Source of the DNA: a candidate division WWE3 bacterium
Lineage (GTDB): Bacteria; Patescibacteriota; 4484-211; GCA-002791395
Reading direction: 5' to 3'
NCBI GenBank assembly: GCA_013335095.1
Contig: JAAXWF010000002.1
Span: 269,566 to 333,565 of the forward strand
Length of the DNA: 64,000 nt
This document shows positions 8,542-19,382 of this stretch, piece after piece. A model generated the notes under the pieces. The model was not told the origin of the DNA, searched no databases, and saw only the letters and a list, made by a program, of their open reading frames with translations. The translations under genes were made by a program, and so were the position numbers. Position 1 is the first letter of the stretch, and every line of letters begins with the position of its first letter.

Positions 8542-10221
8542 TCAAGAAAATAATGATGAATTAAGCGAAGTTACACCTTTTATTGTCTGCATACCTTTAA
8601 TTGGCAACTTAATATAAAACGTTGTACCCTTATTAACTTTGGATTCAAACCAAATCGATCCACCAGTATGATCAAGGATCGACTTTACGATATAGAGTCC
8701 AAGACCAGTACCATCCGCTTCAACATCACGAGCATTATCGGCACGAAATAGTTTGGTAAAAATTTTATTTTTTTGTTTTTCAGGAATTCCAATCCCTTGA
8801 TCAGCAATGGCAATAATGACATCTTGATCTTGGATAGAAACTGATATGTCTATCGTACTTTGATCAGGACTATACTTAATTGCATTGGTAATAATATTTT
8901 GTAAAATTATCGCCATAAGCTGTTGATCAAGCATAATATCGGGCAATGAATCAGGATATGATTCTTTAATACGAGCGTGATGAGATTTTATAAACGGATC
9001 AAGCAGCACAACTAAGTCATGCAATAACTGTCGAAGATTTAACTTGATCGGATCAACAGAAAATGTACCCATTTCAATTCGAGAAACATTCAGAAGAGCA
9101 CTCACTAAGTTAGTCATACGTTGATTCCCTTTGCATATCTCTAATAAAAATGTGCGTTGTTCGTCGTTTAATGAGCCGGCATTCTGATTTAAAAGTAACT
9201 CGGTATACCAATTTATGGTTGATAAAGGAGTCCGCAGCTGATGAGATGCTAGCGAAACAAATTCACTTTTTGCTTTATCAATCGCTATCTCCCTAGCGAC
9301 ATCACGAATAATGATTGCGACACCAATGATATCTTCCGACATATGTATAGGCGAAACCGTTGCCGCGACTGGAAAAACCTTACCATCTTTGCCGGTGTAA
9401 TAATAGGGATGATAAATGGGCGTACTACTCCCTTCTTTTTGTTTAAGCGCACGGGTTATCATTTCTGATTCAACAGAGCTGGACCGATTATGATCATTAA
9501 CAGGAGTAACACAATCTGGCCAAATTTGGCCCATTAGTTCATCATTTGAATAACCAGTAGCTTCGGTTACTACTTTATTAGCCATGATTACATGGCGTGA
9601 AGTATCAAGCACAACTAATCCATCACCGATATTATGCAAGATCGCCTCATCCTTTGCTTTCTCTTCGGCAAGCTTCTTTTTTTCCTCCAGTAAATTTTTC
9701 TCTAAACGAGTTCGTTCTTGAAGAGCAACGCTTAACATTTCTGAGTTAATCTCTAATTCAGCCCATTTTGCGAAATTCATTAATATTTCAATGTCCTCGT
9801 CGGTAGGAGTTCTTGGCTGTACGTCTTTAATACAAAAAACCCCAACACGGCTACCATCGGCGGCATAGAGTGGAACGCCCGCATAAAAACGAATGTTAGG
9901 AGCACTAATTACCATCGGGTTATCACGGAACCGCTCATCCTTGAGTGTATCGGGAATTATCATGACGCCTTCACTAAGTAATGCGTGACCACAAAAAGAG
10001 ATTGCGCGATCTTTCTCCTGAGAATCAACACCCTGGCATGATTTATACCATTCGCGACTAGTATCGATTATCGTAATTGTTGAGATCGGGGCATGAAATA
10101 CACTCGTAGCTGTTTTTGTTATTCGATCAAACCGTTCTTCGGGGGGAGTGTCCAAAATATTCAACGCATGAACAGATGCAATGCGCGTTGCTTCATTGGC
10201 AGGAATCGGGGCCTTTTGCAT
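8542..10221 (-). CDS. Cytoplasmic GAF-PAS sensor histidine kinase
   Basis: ILDTPPEERFDRIT/SFCGHAL/IRFYAGVPL GAF; PAS; ASHQLRTPL H-box; NAIKYS, DQGIGI, GTGLGL boxes. ATG 10221 preferred over TTG 10254. Confidence 0.92.
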   Translation of the reverse strand: MQKAPIPANEATRIASVHALNILDTPPEERFDRITKTATSVFHAPISTITIIDTSREWYKSCQGVDSQEKDRAISFCGHALLSEGVMIIPDTLKDERFRDNPMVISAPNIRFYAGVPLYAADGSRVGVFCIKDVQPRTPTDEDIEILMNFAKWAELEINSEMLSVALQERTRLEKNLLEEKKKLAEEKAKDEAILHNIGDGLVVLDTSRHVIMANKVVTEATGYSNDELMGQIWPDCVTPVNDHNRSSSVESEMITRALKQKEGSSTPIYHPYYYTGKDGKVFPVAATVSPIHMSEDIIGVAIIIRDVAREIAIDKAKSEFVSLASHQLRTPLSTINWYTELLLNQNAGSLNDEQRTFLLEICKGNQRMTNLVSALLNVSRIEMGTFSVDPIKLNLRQLLHDLVVLLDPFIKSHHARIKESYPDSLPDIMLDQQLMAIILQNIITNAIKYSPDQSTIDISVSIQDQDVIIAIADQGIGIPEKQKNKIFTKLFRADNARDVEADGTGLGLYIVKSILDHTGGSIWFESKVNKGTTFYIKLPIKGMQTIKGVTSLNSSLFS

Positions 10222-10345
10222 AGGGTATAAGCATAGTATGAATTTTTTACTCAAATGTAAAGATGCGCAAACCAGCCTATAGCTATTGCCTTTTTTATAT
10301 AACGTATTAAAATATCAGAATATCCTTATGTGAGGAGGTGTTATC

Positions 10346-10675
10346 GTGTCTCTACACCCGGAAACGCCCGAAGGTTCGGCGGTACTCGCTCTTCGAATAC
10401 GGTACGAATCTCGCCGAGGGACCTGGCGGGATCTGTCAAGACCGATCACCCTTGGGGAATTGGCCATTGTCCCAGTTTCATGGTTTCTCATGATTTTGGG
10501 CGGTGCTCAACTCTTAACGGTTTGGGGTGAATTAAGCTTTCTATTATTTCCATCGTACGTGGAATTATGGATTGCTTCATTAAGCCTGCTCATTGTTGTC
10601 GGAATTCCGGCAGCGACACTAGCGCATATCGTGGTAAGACTTTTTGCCCGATTCGGTGGAAAAGAACTCTTTTAG
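10346..10675 (+). CDS. Small two-TM membrane protein (ORFan cassette E)
   Basis: 109 aa; GAGGAGGTG SD before GTG; TTGCCT-N16-TAAAAT upstream. Confidence 0.7.
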   Translation: MSLHPETPEGSAVLALRIRYESRRGTWRDLSRPITLGELAIVPVSWFLMILGGAQLLTVWGELSFLLFPSYVELWIASLSLLIVVGIPAATLAHIVVRLFARFGGKELF

Positions 10676-10695
10676 ACAAACCAAGATACATAATA

Positions 10696-10730
10696 AAGCG
10701 TATGGTCACTCAAAATGTGACTATACGCTT
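10696..10730 (+). terminator. Hairpin after cassette E
   Basis: AAGCGTATGGTCAC / GTGACTATACGCTT 14-bp stem (one G-U). Confidence 0.65.
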
Positions 10731-10789
10731 ACAATAATTCATCAATTGTTATTGGACGTAATTAAATATGAGTACTATTATATTTACAG

Positions 10790-12634
10790 ATGAATTTAAA
10801 TAAACCCGCGCCACCAATAGCATGGATCAGCGTAGTGTTCGCGAGTACAACGGTGGCATTGTTTTTATCTATTGCAACGCTAACCAATCCAACCCTTCCT
10901 CAATTTGGTCAAATAAATAAACCTTCACAATCTCAAGCAGCAACAACAATTACCGTTTCAGTCGATCCAAATCAGACTATTGCTCAATTTAAACCGGGCA
11001 TGCGCGGAATTGATTTCGTAAACTGGGAGCACAGCTGGGGAAGTAAGCCCTTTGTAAATGAAGTACCTGGATTAGTTCAAGCCATCAAAGAAATTAACCC
11101 AGGCTTACTTCGATATGCAGGCGGATTATGGGCAAATAGTGTGGGATTTGAACGATCAGCTCAAAAGCGCCCATATACCGAATGGACGCATAACGGCATG
11201 ACGTATTATTTTCACTACGGTACGGACGAATTAGACAGCCTTGCCAAATTTGCTAAAGCAGTAAATGCCGACACGATGATTCAAGTTAATGTATCAAACA
11301 ATGACCCTTCAATGTGGGCAGATATGGTTAAGTACACTAATAGCGAAAAAGGATACGGCTTTAAATATTGGGAGCTCGGAAATGAATTAGACTTAAACGA
11401 AGACACAAACATCTCACCAACCGTCTATGCACAAAGATTTGCCGCTTATTACAAAGCGATGATCGCAATGGATTCATCGATAAAATTACGCGGCCCAGCG
11501 GTAGCCTTTGCGATACAACAAGATGACTCAAACAGCATTATTAGCCCGAACCTTAGTAGTCTTCCTAAACTTATCAAAGATAACGGCGGACAGATGGAGG
11601 GAATGACCTGGCATTGGTATCAGGGATGTAATCTTGGTTCATACACCGATCCATTACTCTGGACATGGGATTCAACTGTTCCTGATAATTCTTGGCGTAA
11701 TGCGTATGTCCGAAAATGGTCGACACTCATGCCTTCGCGTTTGGACCGAGAAGTACTAACACCAGCCGGTGGAATGAACCAAGGTGTAACTGAATTAAAT
11801 GTCGATGCATGTAATTATGACAACCCGATGAATGGTAATCATATTGGGGCGTTGTGGTTAGCCGATGTACTCGGAAGGTTAGCAGCAAATGGTACAGATT
11901 TTGTGACTATGTATGATGCGTATGGGGTGCAAGCCTACTCACTCCTATATCCAGATGCAGGTGATTTCCCAAGTCGCATCGATGCCCGACCTACTTACTA
12001 CACGTATATCATGTACGCTCGCTATTTTGGAGACCAAATGGTTCGGACAACAACAAGTAACGAAAGTACATTATCGGTATGGGCGAGCAAAAAAACATCA
12101 GAGCCAAATAAGTTATATGTGATGGGTGTAAATCTAAGTGGAGATACCGTAACTAGTCCGATGACGTTTACCACCTCAGTGAGCAATGGGAAATCATACA
12201 CCATGAAGAGTAATAACCCAACCAATATTTCTGATGCAAGTATGACCACGGGAGCGACGACCACGATTAATGGAATCAAAATTGATGCGATGGATGTAAC
12301 CAACAGCTTGGCTAAAATTCAACCGACCTCAGTATCTGCTACAGGAACCTCAATAAGTTATTCGTTCCCGGCATATTCGGTAACTTCGCTTGTTTTTGAT
12401 ATTGGAGGGAGTTCGACCAATCCGACTCCTACACCAACAACAAATCCATCTCAAACGGCTGATATCAATCAAGATGGTGTGGTTAACGTATTTGATCTAG
12501 GAATTCTGGCAGCTCGTTATGGCATGACGATTACCGCCTCATCAACAGCACTTGATCGACGTTGTGATATGAATCAGGATAATACAATAAACGTCTTTGA
12601 TCTTGGTATTTTAGTTGGCCAATACCGTTCATAA
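10790..12634 (+). CDS. Secreted/anchored clan GH-A glycoside hydrolase (GH44/51/79-like) with C-terminal dockerin-type domain
   Basis: N-terminal TM; LRYAGG, YWELGNELD, GVTELN motifs; PT linker; duplicated DINQDGVVNVFDL / DMNQDNTINVFDL Ca-binding repeats. Confidence 0.8.
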   Translation: MNLNKPAPPIAWISVVFASTTVALFLSIATLTNPTLPQFGQINKPSQSQAATTITVSVDPNQTIAQFKPGMRGIDFVNWEHSWGSKPFVNEVPGLVQAIKEINPGLLRYAGGLWANSVGFERSAQKRPYTEWTHNGMTYYFHYGTDELDSLAKFAKAVNADTMIQVNVSNNDPSMWADMVKYTNSEKGYGFKYWELGNELDLNEDTNISPTVYAQRFAAYYKAMIAMDSSIKLRGPAVAFAIQQDDSNSIISPNLSSLPKLIKDNGGQMEGMTWHWYQGCNLGSYTDPLLWTWDSTVPDNSWRNAYVRKWSTLMPSRLDREVLTPAGGMNQGVTELNVDACNYDNPMNGNHIGALWLADVLGRLAANGTDFVTMYDAYGVQAYSLLYPDAGDFPSRIDARPTYYTYIMYARYFGDQMVRTTTSNESTLSVWASKKTSEPNKLYVMGVNLSGDTVTSPMTFTTSVSNGKSYTMKSNNPTNISDASMTTGATTTINGIKIDAMDVTNSLAKIQPTSVSATGTSISYSFPAYSVTSLVFDIGGSSTNPTPTPTTNPSQTADINQDGVVNVFDLGILAARYGMTITASSTALDRRCDMNQDNTINVFDLGILVGQYRS

Positions 12635-12650
12635 CCCATAGCATTTGACT
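12635..12650 (+). repeat. Cassette-head motif CCCATAGCATTTGACT, copy 1 (includes -35 TTGACT)
   Basis: Identical copy at 13173-13188; one-mismatch copy at 22298-22313. Confidence 0.85.
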
Positions 12651-12719
12651 TTCATATTTTCTACGATACAATTACTATGCCAATATTGGTGATTCGGAAG
12701 CATCTACGGAGGTCATCCT

Positions 12720-13109
12720 ATGGATCAGCGCCAGAAGGTGCACGGCCCGTATCTAGGGGTCAGCATGATCGTCGTCAGCAACCAGCTGAATACAGCGGCG
12801 GTCACCAGGGTCAACTCAGATACGATTGATATCCTAGTCGCCGGAGCCACCCAGCACGTCTGGGTCGATACTTCGGGAACTGTGCTTTTTATCAATAAAG
12901 CATTCGTTCCCGAGGAACAGAGCCAGATCACGAGTACCGTGACTATTACCGACAACGCCGTCGTTACAATGGTGGCCGGGATAAACACCGGCACCATCGC
13001 CGCGAACTTCGACGGGGAGAGGATGACGGAAGCGCACATAACTGCCGCACCTCCGCCCTATACAATCACGATCCATTGCCCAGCGCATGTGATTGTGCGA
13101 TACGCATAG
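12720..13109 (+). CDS. Hypothetical beta-rich protein (ORFan cassette F)
   Basis: 129 aa; GGAGGT SD; TTGACT-N16-TACAAT promoter. Confidence 0.75.
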   Translation: MDQRQKVHGPYLGVSMIVVSNQLNTAAVTRVNSDTIDILVAGATQHVWVDTSGTVLFINKAFVPEEQSQITSTVTITDNAVVTMVAGINTGTIAANFDGERMTEAHITAAPPPYTITIHCPAHVIVRYA

Positions 13110-13143
13110 TCTATAGTGACATGTCCTAGTCTCATTAATCACG

Positions 13144-13169
13144 ACGAGGTCCTTAATTGGACCTCGTTT
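13144..13169 (+). terminator. Terminator of cassette F
   Basis: ACGAGGTCC-TTAATT-GGACCTCGT-TT. Confidence 0.7.
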
Positions 13170-13172
13170 AAT

Positions 13173-13188
13173 CCCATAGCATTTGACT
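13173..13188 (+). repeat. Cassette-head motif, copy 2
   Basis: CCCATAGCATTTGACT followed by N17-TATGAT (13206-13211). Confidence 0.85.
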
Positions 13189-13217
13189 AATCTAAATAAA
13201 TCCGGTATGATTGAAAT

Positions 13218-13331
13218 CACAATTTAGCTTCTATTGGTTTATATAAACCAGTAGCGGTTGCATACATAAGACAGTCCAGTCTTGTGCCCACAAACGGAAG
13301 TTTGTTGACATAATACCGGGCTGTTTTTTTT
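13218..13331 (+). ncRNA. Candidate structured leader/attenuator or sRNA
   Basis: Hairpin 13225-13260 and long hairpin 13271-13324 followed by T8, between the promoter and the SD of 13359. Confidence 0.45.
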
Positions 13332-13358
13332 GGCACCTACCACCTTAAGGAGATCGCT

Positions 13359-13784
13359 ATGCGAATCGTCACGTCATTTAGCCAGGTCGTTGCGTTAGTC
13401 GAAGAAGAAACGGCCATCGTTGCCGTGTGCTGGTTTTTCGACTCACAAGGGTTTGATCCGATCTTTGCTCTATGCACGGTCGAAGATGTTGCCCGCATCG
13501 ATCAAATAGCGTTGCTCAAATGGAATGATCAGATCATTCCGGCAGAGGATCTATTTGACCCGGAGCATCTCCATAGCGACTATTTCTTCGTCGGTCCAAA
13601 GCGGATCTTCGATAACCGGGAGTGGCTTGCCCCAATCGAAGAATTGCGCCACCGAGCGATAGCTATCGATCCTGTGTACGATGAAGCATATCGACGGCCA
13701 ATTAACTGGCGCCACCTTGATAACAGCCCTCCCAGCGGGTCAACCAACCTGGGAAACCCGGGCGGCACGACGTACTGCTACTAA
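13359..13784 (+). CDS. Hypothetical protein (ORFan cassette G)
   Basis: 141 aa; TAAGGAG SD. Confidence 0.75.
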   Translation: MRIVTSFSQVVALVEEETAIVAVCWFFDSQGFDPIFALCTVEDVARIDQIALLKWNDQIIPAEDLFDPEHLHSDYFFVGPKRIFDNREWLAPIEELRHRAIAIDPVYDEAYRRPINWRHLDNSPPSGSTNLGNPGGTTYCY

Positions 13785-13811
13785 AGCGACGTCCATACCG
13801 TCATAACCCAA

Positions 13812-13845
13812 GCCTCGGTGTTTACTCATCGAGGCCTCATTTTTT
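13812..13845 (+). terminator. Terminator of cassette G
   Basis: GCCTCGGTG / CATCGAGGC stem then T-run. Confidence 0.65.
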
Positions 13846-13908
13846 CGAGATAACTTCTAACAATACTTTTTAGTTATAAAACTTGGTATTATGTAAATAC
13901 ACACCCCT

Positions 13909-15159
13909 ATGAAAAAGATTCTCATTTGGCTGATAATAATTGCAGGTTTAATTGGTGGTGGGGTTTATTACTATATGAGTAGACCCAAGCCAGTTACGAC
14001 GTATGATTTTGGAACTGTAGAGCTTGGTTCGATTGTAAAAACGGTCAGTGAATCTGGTGAAGCATTCATCAGCGATCAGTATCCGATCAACGCGACGATA
14101 ACTGGCGTTATTGATGAATTATTCATTAAAAATGGAGATAGTGTAACTGCAGGTCAGAAATTACTTACTATAAAAAGTACCGCGACTGATGATGACCGTA
14201 AAGCCGCCGAGACAACCTTACTAAGCGCTCAATCAAATCTTAATTTAGCTGAACAAAATAAATATAATTACCAAATCCAACTCGAACAGGCTAAAAAAGA
14301 TTTACGCAATGCCGAAGAGGCGATCGTTCAAATGAATAATCACCTTGGAGATAATAAAATTAACCCGGCCACAGGAAAGCAATACACTCAGTTAGAGATC
14401 GATAACATTTATGCGACTCGGGATGTAGCAAAGTTGAATAAAACAACAGCAGAACAGCGATATAAAGATGCAGATCTTTCGATTAAAGCGGCGCAAGGTT
14501 CGGTTAGCAATGCAGAAACAAACCTAAACAAACTAAAGGCGGCAACGATAAACGCTCCAGTAGGAGGACAGATATCAAACCTTACAGTCGGACGGGGTGA
14601 CTATGTTTCGGCCACCACAACCGCTATTAGCGCAGTAGGCTCGGCATCCACCCCACTTTTATACATACTTCCCAGCACCGATATTTTAATCAAAGCCCAA
14701 TACAATGAAGTAGATGCGGCCCTAATAACACCTGGTCAAAATGCAACAATCACCGTAGACGCTCTTGCCAATGAAGAGTTTGCCGGACATGTTGATCGTA
14801 TCGACACAATTGGAACAAAAACGCAAGGAGTTGTTAGCTATACAGTATATTTAAAGTTGAATGCTGAGGATAAGCGTATCCGTCCGAGTATGACTACAGT
14901 TGTAGAAATTGAGGTTGCGCGTAAAGATCAAGCGTTAACGGTGGCAACGTCTGCGGTTAGACCATATCAAAATGGTTTGGCTCTAATGCAACTGCAAGAA
15001 GATGGAACAATTACATACTTACCGATAAAAACCGGTATTACGGATGGGAGTAAAACCGAAATAATATCAGGAGTAACCCAAGGTACAAAAATTATTACAA
15101 AGGTCAACGAGCCAGAGACTAATGGAGGTGGTTTGATTGCCCGACCATCGACAAATTAA
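13909..15159 (+). CDS. MacA/HlyD-like membrane fusion (adaptor) protein
   Basis: N-terminal TM; lipoyl-like halves ([31 protein letters not shown]), coiled coil, IRPSMT. Confidence 0.88.
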   Translation: MKKILIWLIIIAGLIGGGVYYYMSRPKPVTTYDFGTVELGSIVKTVSESGEAFISDQYPINATITGVIDELFIKNGDSVTAGQKLLTIKSTATDDDRKAAETTLLSAQSNLNLAEQNKYNYQIQLEQAKKDLRNAEEAIVQMNNHLGDNKINPATGKQYTQLEIDNIYATRDVAKLNKTTAEQRYKDADLSIKAAQGSVSNAETNLNKLKAATINAPVGGQISNLTVGRGDYVSATTTAISAVGSASTPLLYILPSTDILIKAQYNEVDAALITPGQNATITVDALANEEFAGHVDRIDTIGTKTQGVVSYTVYLKLNAEDKRIRPSMTTVVEIEVARKDQALTVATSAVRPYQNGLALMQLQEDGTITYLPIKTGITDGSKTEIISGVTQGTKIITKVNEPETNGGGLIARPSTN

Positions 15160-15853
15160 CCAGCCTTTAATCCAACTGAAGAATATCCATAAAAGTTATG
15201 ATATTGGTGAAGAAGAATTCAAAGCGTTAAAAGGCGTCGATTTAACGATTGAGAAAGGGGAGTTTGTCGCAATTATGGGACCATCCGGCAGCGGTAAATC
15301 GACCTTAATGCATATCATGGGAGCGCTAGATACGCCTTCAGAAGGAACGTACACCCTTAACGGAAAATCGATCGAGAGTCTAAAAGACGATGAATTAGCC
15401 GAGATTAGGAATAGACAAATAGGCTTTGTCTTTCAGTCGTTTAACTTATTGCCTCGGACATCTGTATATAAAAATGTCGAACGACCAATGATGTACGGTA
15501 ATATTCCGTCAAAGGAACGTCAAGAAAGAGTGATGAAAGCACTTTCATTAGTCGGACTTAATCAAAAAACACAAAATCTGTCGAACCAATTATCAGGTGG
15601 CCAAATCCAGCGAGTCGCCATTGCCCGGGCATTAGTTATGAATCCACCAATACTGCTTGCCGACGAACCGACAGGTAATTTAGATAGTAAAACATCTCAT
15701 GAAGTTATGAAATTTTTTCAGACGCTCAATAATCAAGGAAATACGATAATCGTAATAACTCATGAAGAAGACATTGCTCGCTTTACCAAACGTGTCGTAC
15801 GAATAAAAGACGGACTTATTGTCTCGGACGAAAGAATTAACCAAATATTATGA
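15137..15853 (+). CDS. ABC transporter ATP-binding protein (MacB/LolD type)
   Basis: [35 protein letters not shown]. Confidence 0.93.
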   Translation: MPDHRQINQPLIQLKNIHKSYDIGEEEFKALKGVDLTIEKGEFVAIMGPSGSGKSTLMHIMGALDTPSEGTYTLNGKSIESLKDDELAEIRNRQIGFVFQSFNLLPRTSVYKNVERPMMYGNIPSKERQERVMKALSLVGLNQKTQNLSNQLSGGQIQRVAIARALVMNPPILLADEPTGNLDSKTSHEVMKFFQTLNNQGNTIIVITHEEDIARFTKRVVRIKDGLIVSDERINQIL

Positions 15854-17064
15854 TCTTTATTGAAATATTTACTACCGCAATCCAGGCACTTCGCGGAAAC
15901 CTACTCCGGACATTACTAACTATGCTCGGCATTGTTATTGGTATAACATCGGTAATTCTCATTGTTTCACTGGGACAAGGAGCCACAGCGTCAATCACGA
16001 GTCAGATATCCTCTCTTGGGGTAAACCAAATCTATGTAGCACCAGGTTCACCAAATGATGATGCCTTTGAATCTACCGGAAATATGGATTCACTTTCTCT
16101 GGATGATACAAATCGATTATCTGAAGAATTAAGTGGAATTGATGCAGTATCGGCTTCAGTAAGTACTCGTTTATTAATTACAGCTAATGGTCAAAAAGTA
16201 AATGCTTCAGTTTTTGGTATCCAACCGGACTATCTTACCGTACAAACTCTGAGTATGAATCAAGGAATATTTATTGACGATAAAGACATCAATTCTCAAG
16301 GTCGTGTTGTTGTTCTGGGTCCAACGATTCGGGACAAATTATTTGGTGAAGGAGCTGATGTTGTCGGAACCCTTGTTCGTATAGATAATAAGCCGTTTCG
16401 AATTATTGGAGTCACCGAGCCTAAAGGTGGAAGCGCATTTTCAAACCCCGATGAATATGTGTATATCCCGATAACTACTGCAATGAAACAAGTTATAGGG
16501 ATAGATTATGTTCAAAGTATCGTTATCATAGCAACGGATCCGAATAACGTTGAATCAATTCAGGCAGATATAAAACAGATTTTACGAAGCGCTCACGGGA
16601 TAGCCGAAGGCCAACCGGCAGATTTCCAGATGTTTTCATCAAAGCAAGCACTTTCGACGGTTAATAATGTCACCGGCCTTCTTTCAACATTTCTGTCAGC
16701 AATAGCAGGGATATCACTTGTCGTTGGAGGGATTGGAATCATGAATATAATGCTTGTAACAGTGACCGAAAGAACCAGGGAAATAGGGTTGCTAAAGGCG
16801 ATTGGTGCTAAAAGACGTGATATTTTAACGCAATTCATTGCTGAGGCACTTGTATTAACGTTTTTAGGTGGAGTTATAGGTATTGTCTGCGGATATGGTT
16901 TGACCTTTATAGTTGCATCACTTATCAACATCCCATTAGTTATGAAGTTAAGTACAATTGGACTTGCTTTAGGGGTTGCAGCCGGAGTTGGATTACTCTT
17001 TGGTTATTATCCTGCGCAAAAAGCGGCTAAGCTAAATCCAATAGATGCACTAAGGTTTGAATAA
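15850..17064 (+). CDS. MacB/FtsX-type ABC permease
   Basis: [52 protein letters not shown]. Confidence 0.93.
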   Translation: MIFIEIFTTAIQALRGNLLRTLLTMLGIVIGITSVILIVSLGQGATASITSQISSLGVNQIYVAPGSPNDDAFESTGNMDSLSLDDTNRLSEELSGIDAVSASVSTRLLITANGQKVNASVFGIQPDYLTVQTLSMNQGIFIDDKDINSQGRVVVLGPTIRDKLFGEGADVVGTLVRIDNKPFRIIGVTEPKGGSAFSNPDEYVYIPITTAMKQVIGIDYVQSIVIIATDPNNVESIQADIKQILRSAHGIAEGQPADFQMFSSKQALSTVNNVTGLLSTFLSAIAGISLVVGGIGIMNIMLVTVTERTREIGLLKAIGAKRRDILTQFIAEALVLTFLGGVIGIVCGYGLTFIVASLINIPLVMKLSTIGLALGVAAGVGLLFGYYPAQKAAKLNPIDALRFE

Positions 17065-17087
17065 CTATTCCTAATTTGACTATAGAT

Positions 17088-17680
17088 TTATGTGTCGACT
17101 TTTGTACTTAAAAAAATCTTGCGTACGATTTCATTTTCACTGGACGAATTAACATACCCGTGAATAAGTAACTTATTTGATAATTGGACAGCTGAATTTT
17201 GAGGATCCGTTTCTAGAAAAAATGCAGTATAACCCGGATATCTAGCCGGACGAATAAGCGTACTTTGATATGAGTCAACCCTGATCGATTCTGTTTCCGA
17301 ATCTATAACGTCTGAGGGCAATGCCGAATAGGGACCAAAGTCATACATCAATCTAAAATCATTACAGTTAATTACGCCGACGTTCGAGTCAACTCCTTGG
17401 AGGAACTAGTTATTACAATGATCAGGCAACTCAACAGAGAATCCATCAAGTGATACGCGTCTCCAAGATGACCCCGAAGGTGTCACAGTGCGATTAGTAG
17501 TATCATCTAATATTGCGGACAGTTGTAACCGAATCGGGGGATCAGTTACCTAGTTATCTGGAATGGCAGAAATAGTGTCACGCATTTGCCAAAATGACCA
17601 CAGCCGAATGCTAGTACCAACGATTAAAAGTACAATTACGCTACCTTAGCTTATTGGTCAATTAATGAAACCCTTCTGAG
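17088..17680 (-). pseudogene. Pseudogene of a membrane-anchored secreted protein with a QKGF pilin-like leader
   Basis: One continuous frame upstream of the 87-aa ORF: QKGFIN*PIS*GSVIVLLIVG...PDN*VTDPP...WRRVSLDGFSVELPDHCNN*FLQGVDSNVG...LMYDFGPYS. Stops at 17658-60, 17646-48, 17550-52, 17406-08; start not identifiable. Confidence 0.65.
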
Positions 17681-17740
17681 CTGTTCCACAGCACTAATAG
17701 TAACAAAATCTGGATGATTATTTAAAAAAGTTCAAAACAA

Positions 17741-19270
17741 TTATTTAAATACCACAGCATTTTTCTCAAGCGTTTGTTCAAATCCTGTGGTATCAAGATC
17801 CTTCACCTGTTGGTATTGGTAATATTCCGAAATATTAAGAGTACGCCAATCGTATGAATCATATTTATCCTTCAAGTAATTGATTTTATTTAAGACTTCG
17901 GTCCCGGCATTAAGTAACGCAAATCTTCGAGCATCTGATAGATTGGATTGATTAAGCTCAGATCCAATTAAATTGATCAATTCATCATACGCATGAGCAT
18001 CGCTCGATAATTGGGCGAGATATTGATAATCAACGCCATCAGAAGTTGAGGCTTTATGGTAACGAAACATGATGTCATCAAAATTGACAATATTGATCGT
18101 AATCAAGACTCCTACCGAAAATACGATCATCGACTTAATCCATTGATAATGCGAGATACGGCGCCAAAATGCATAACCATAACTAGACAATACGACAAAG
18201 ATCCAAAATACAACGGCGTATCCCCATAAACGTTTATACGTGAATCCCCACATTTGGCTATAGTCGATAACACTCTTGAGTGCCATTATCGTTAAAAATA
18301 ACCCCTCAAGAACAAGAACATACGTAAGGATTTGGGATCGCGCTTTGTAGGATCGATCGTTATAAAGAAGCACAACGATAACTCCCGCAACAATTGAAAG
18401 TTGAGCAAAAACTTCACGGGCATACTGGGAATGAGTGTAGCCTAAGATCTGAAGAGTTTCTGATGTAGAAAAATATAGTTGAATCTGACTAGCGAAAAAT
18501 ATCAGTAGCAACAAACTTAATACCAGCTTAGGTAAAAATAACGGCCACGCTGGTTCCTTTTCAGCAGAGGGTTTGTCTAAAGGCACTAAGCTAGAAACCA
18601 TACTAACCATTCTTGGCAAGAATAGACTAAAAATTATAAAGCTAATAACTTGGACAATAAAAAGATCGCCAAGAATCGATTGAATCCACTCCACGAGTCT
18701 ATCTAAACTCAAAGCCGAAAGAACCGTCTCGACCCATTGATTAAAAAATGGATTGGCAGAGGCAAGTAGGGGAATGACCACGATAAGTACACCCAACGAA
18801 ACACATACCGAAATCACTAATTCTTTAATTTTAGATGCAGAAATGGTCAGAGATCCCAGTTTTATTTGACGAGAAAAGGTGACTAAGTTGGGCGATATTA
18901 TTGATCGAACGAGAAACAGGATTGGAGCTGCAATCAGTGTACGAATCGGCTGAAATAGTGCCGAGTCAAAATGATATAGAGAAAGCCATGCTCCAAAGAA
19001 TAACAACGTTACGATATCGAGAAATACTAATAATGGATTTGCCCGAGATACGATAAAAAAACTTAATATTAGTATTACCGCAAACATAAATGCATCAAAC
19101 GCCATTTTATTTTGCTTAATAACAAAAACCAAACTGGCAAGAATCGCTAAAGCACATGCGATACCATCGTACGGAAAATAATTTTCGACAAATAACAGAT
19201 ATGAAAATGTAGCTGATATTAGTATTAATATCCAACCAATTCCGTTTACTAACGTATTTCTCATAGTCAT
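17741..19270 (-). CDS. Multi-pass membrane protein, DUF4153/DUF4173-like
   Basis: PLLASANPFF, YAREVFAQL, YSQMWGFTYKRL, DYQYLAQLSSDA, DWRTLN motifs. Confidence 0.8.
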   Translation of the reverse strand: MTMRNTLVNGIGWILILISATFSYLLFVENYFPYDGIACALAILASLVFVIKQNKMAFDAFMFAVILILSFFIVSRANPLLVFLDIVTLLFFGAWLSLYHFDSALFQPIRTLIAAPILFLVRSIISPNLVTFSRQIKLGSLTISASKIKELVISVCVSLGVLIVVIPLLASANPFFNQWVETVLSALSLDRLVEWIQSILGDLFIVQVISFIIFSLFLPRMVSMVSSLVPLDKPSAEKEPAWPLFLPKLVLSLLLLIFFASQIQLYFSTSETLQILGYTHSQYAREVFAQLSIVAGVIVVLLYNDRSYKARSQILTYVLVLEGLFLTIMALKSVIDYSQMWGFTYKRLWGYAVVFWIFVVLSSYGYAFWRRISHYQWIKSMIVFSVGVLITINIVNFDDIMFRYHKASTSDGVDYQYLAQLSSDAHAYDELINLIGSELNQSNLSDARRFALLNAGTEVLNKINYLKDKYDSYDWRTLNISEYYQYQQVKDLDTTGFEQTLEKNAVVFK

Positions 19271-19333
19271 TATTATACTATAGGAAGTATATTTTTATCT
19301 TGTTTTCTTAACTTTAAGAGAATGACAATACAT

Positions 19334-19349
19334 TGTGATCAAGATCACA
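19334..19349. promoter_or_regulatory. CRP/FNR-type palindrome TGTGA-N6-TCACA
   Basis: TGTGATCAAGATCACA is an exact match to the CRP core; centre lies -41.5 from a predicted +1 at 19383 (TATTAT 19371-19376). Confidence 0.55.
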
Positions 19350-19382
19350 TTCTTACACGGAAAAACTCTCTATTATCACAAT

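Noticed and set aside
12635-13188. CRISPR array or IS target-site duplication
   Set aside because: Only 2-3 copies of a 16-nt motif, spaced by 538 bp and ~9 kb; no cas genes, transposase or terminal inverted repeats.
17088-17680. Stop-codon reassignment (code 25 or 15)
   Set aside because: All three stop types interrupt the frame, and TGA/TAG end normal genes elsewhere (rpmI, ppaC, rsmD).
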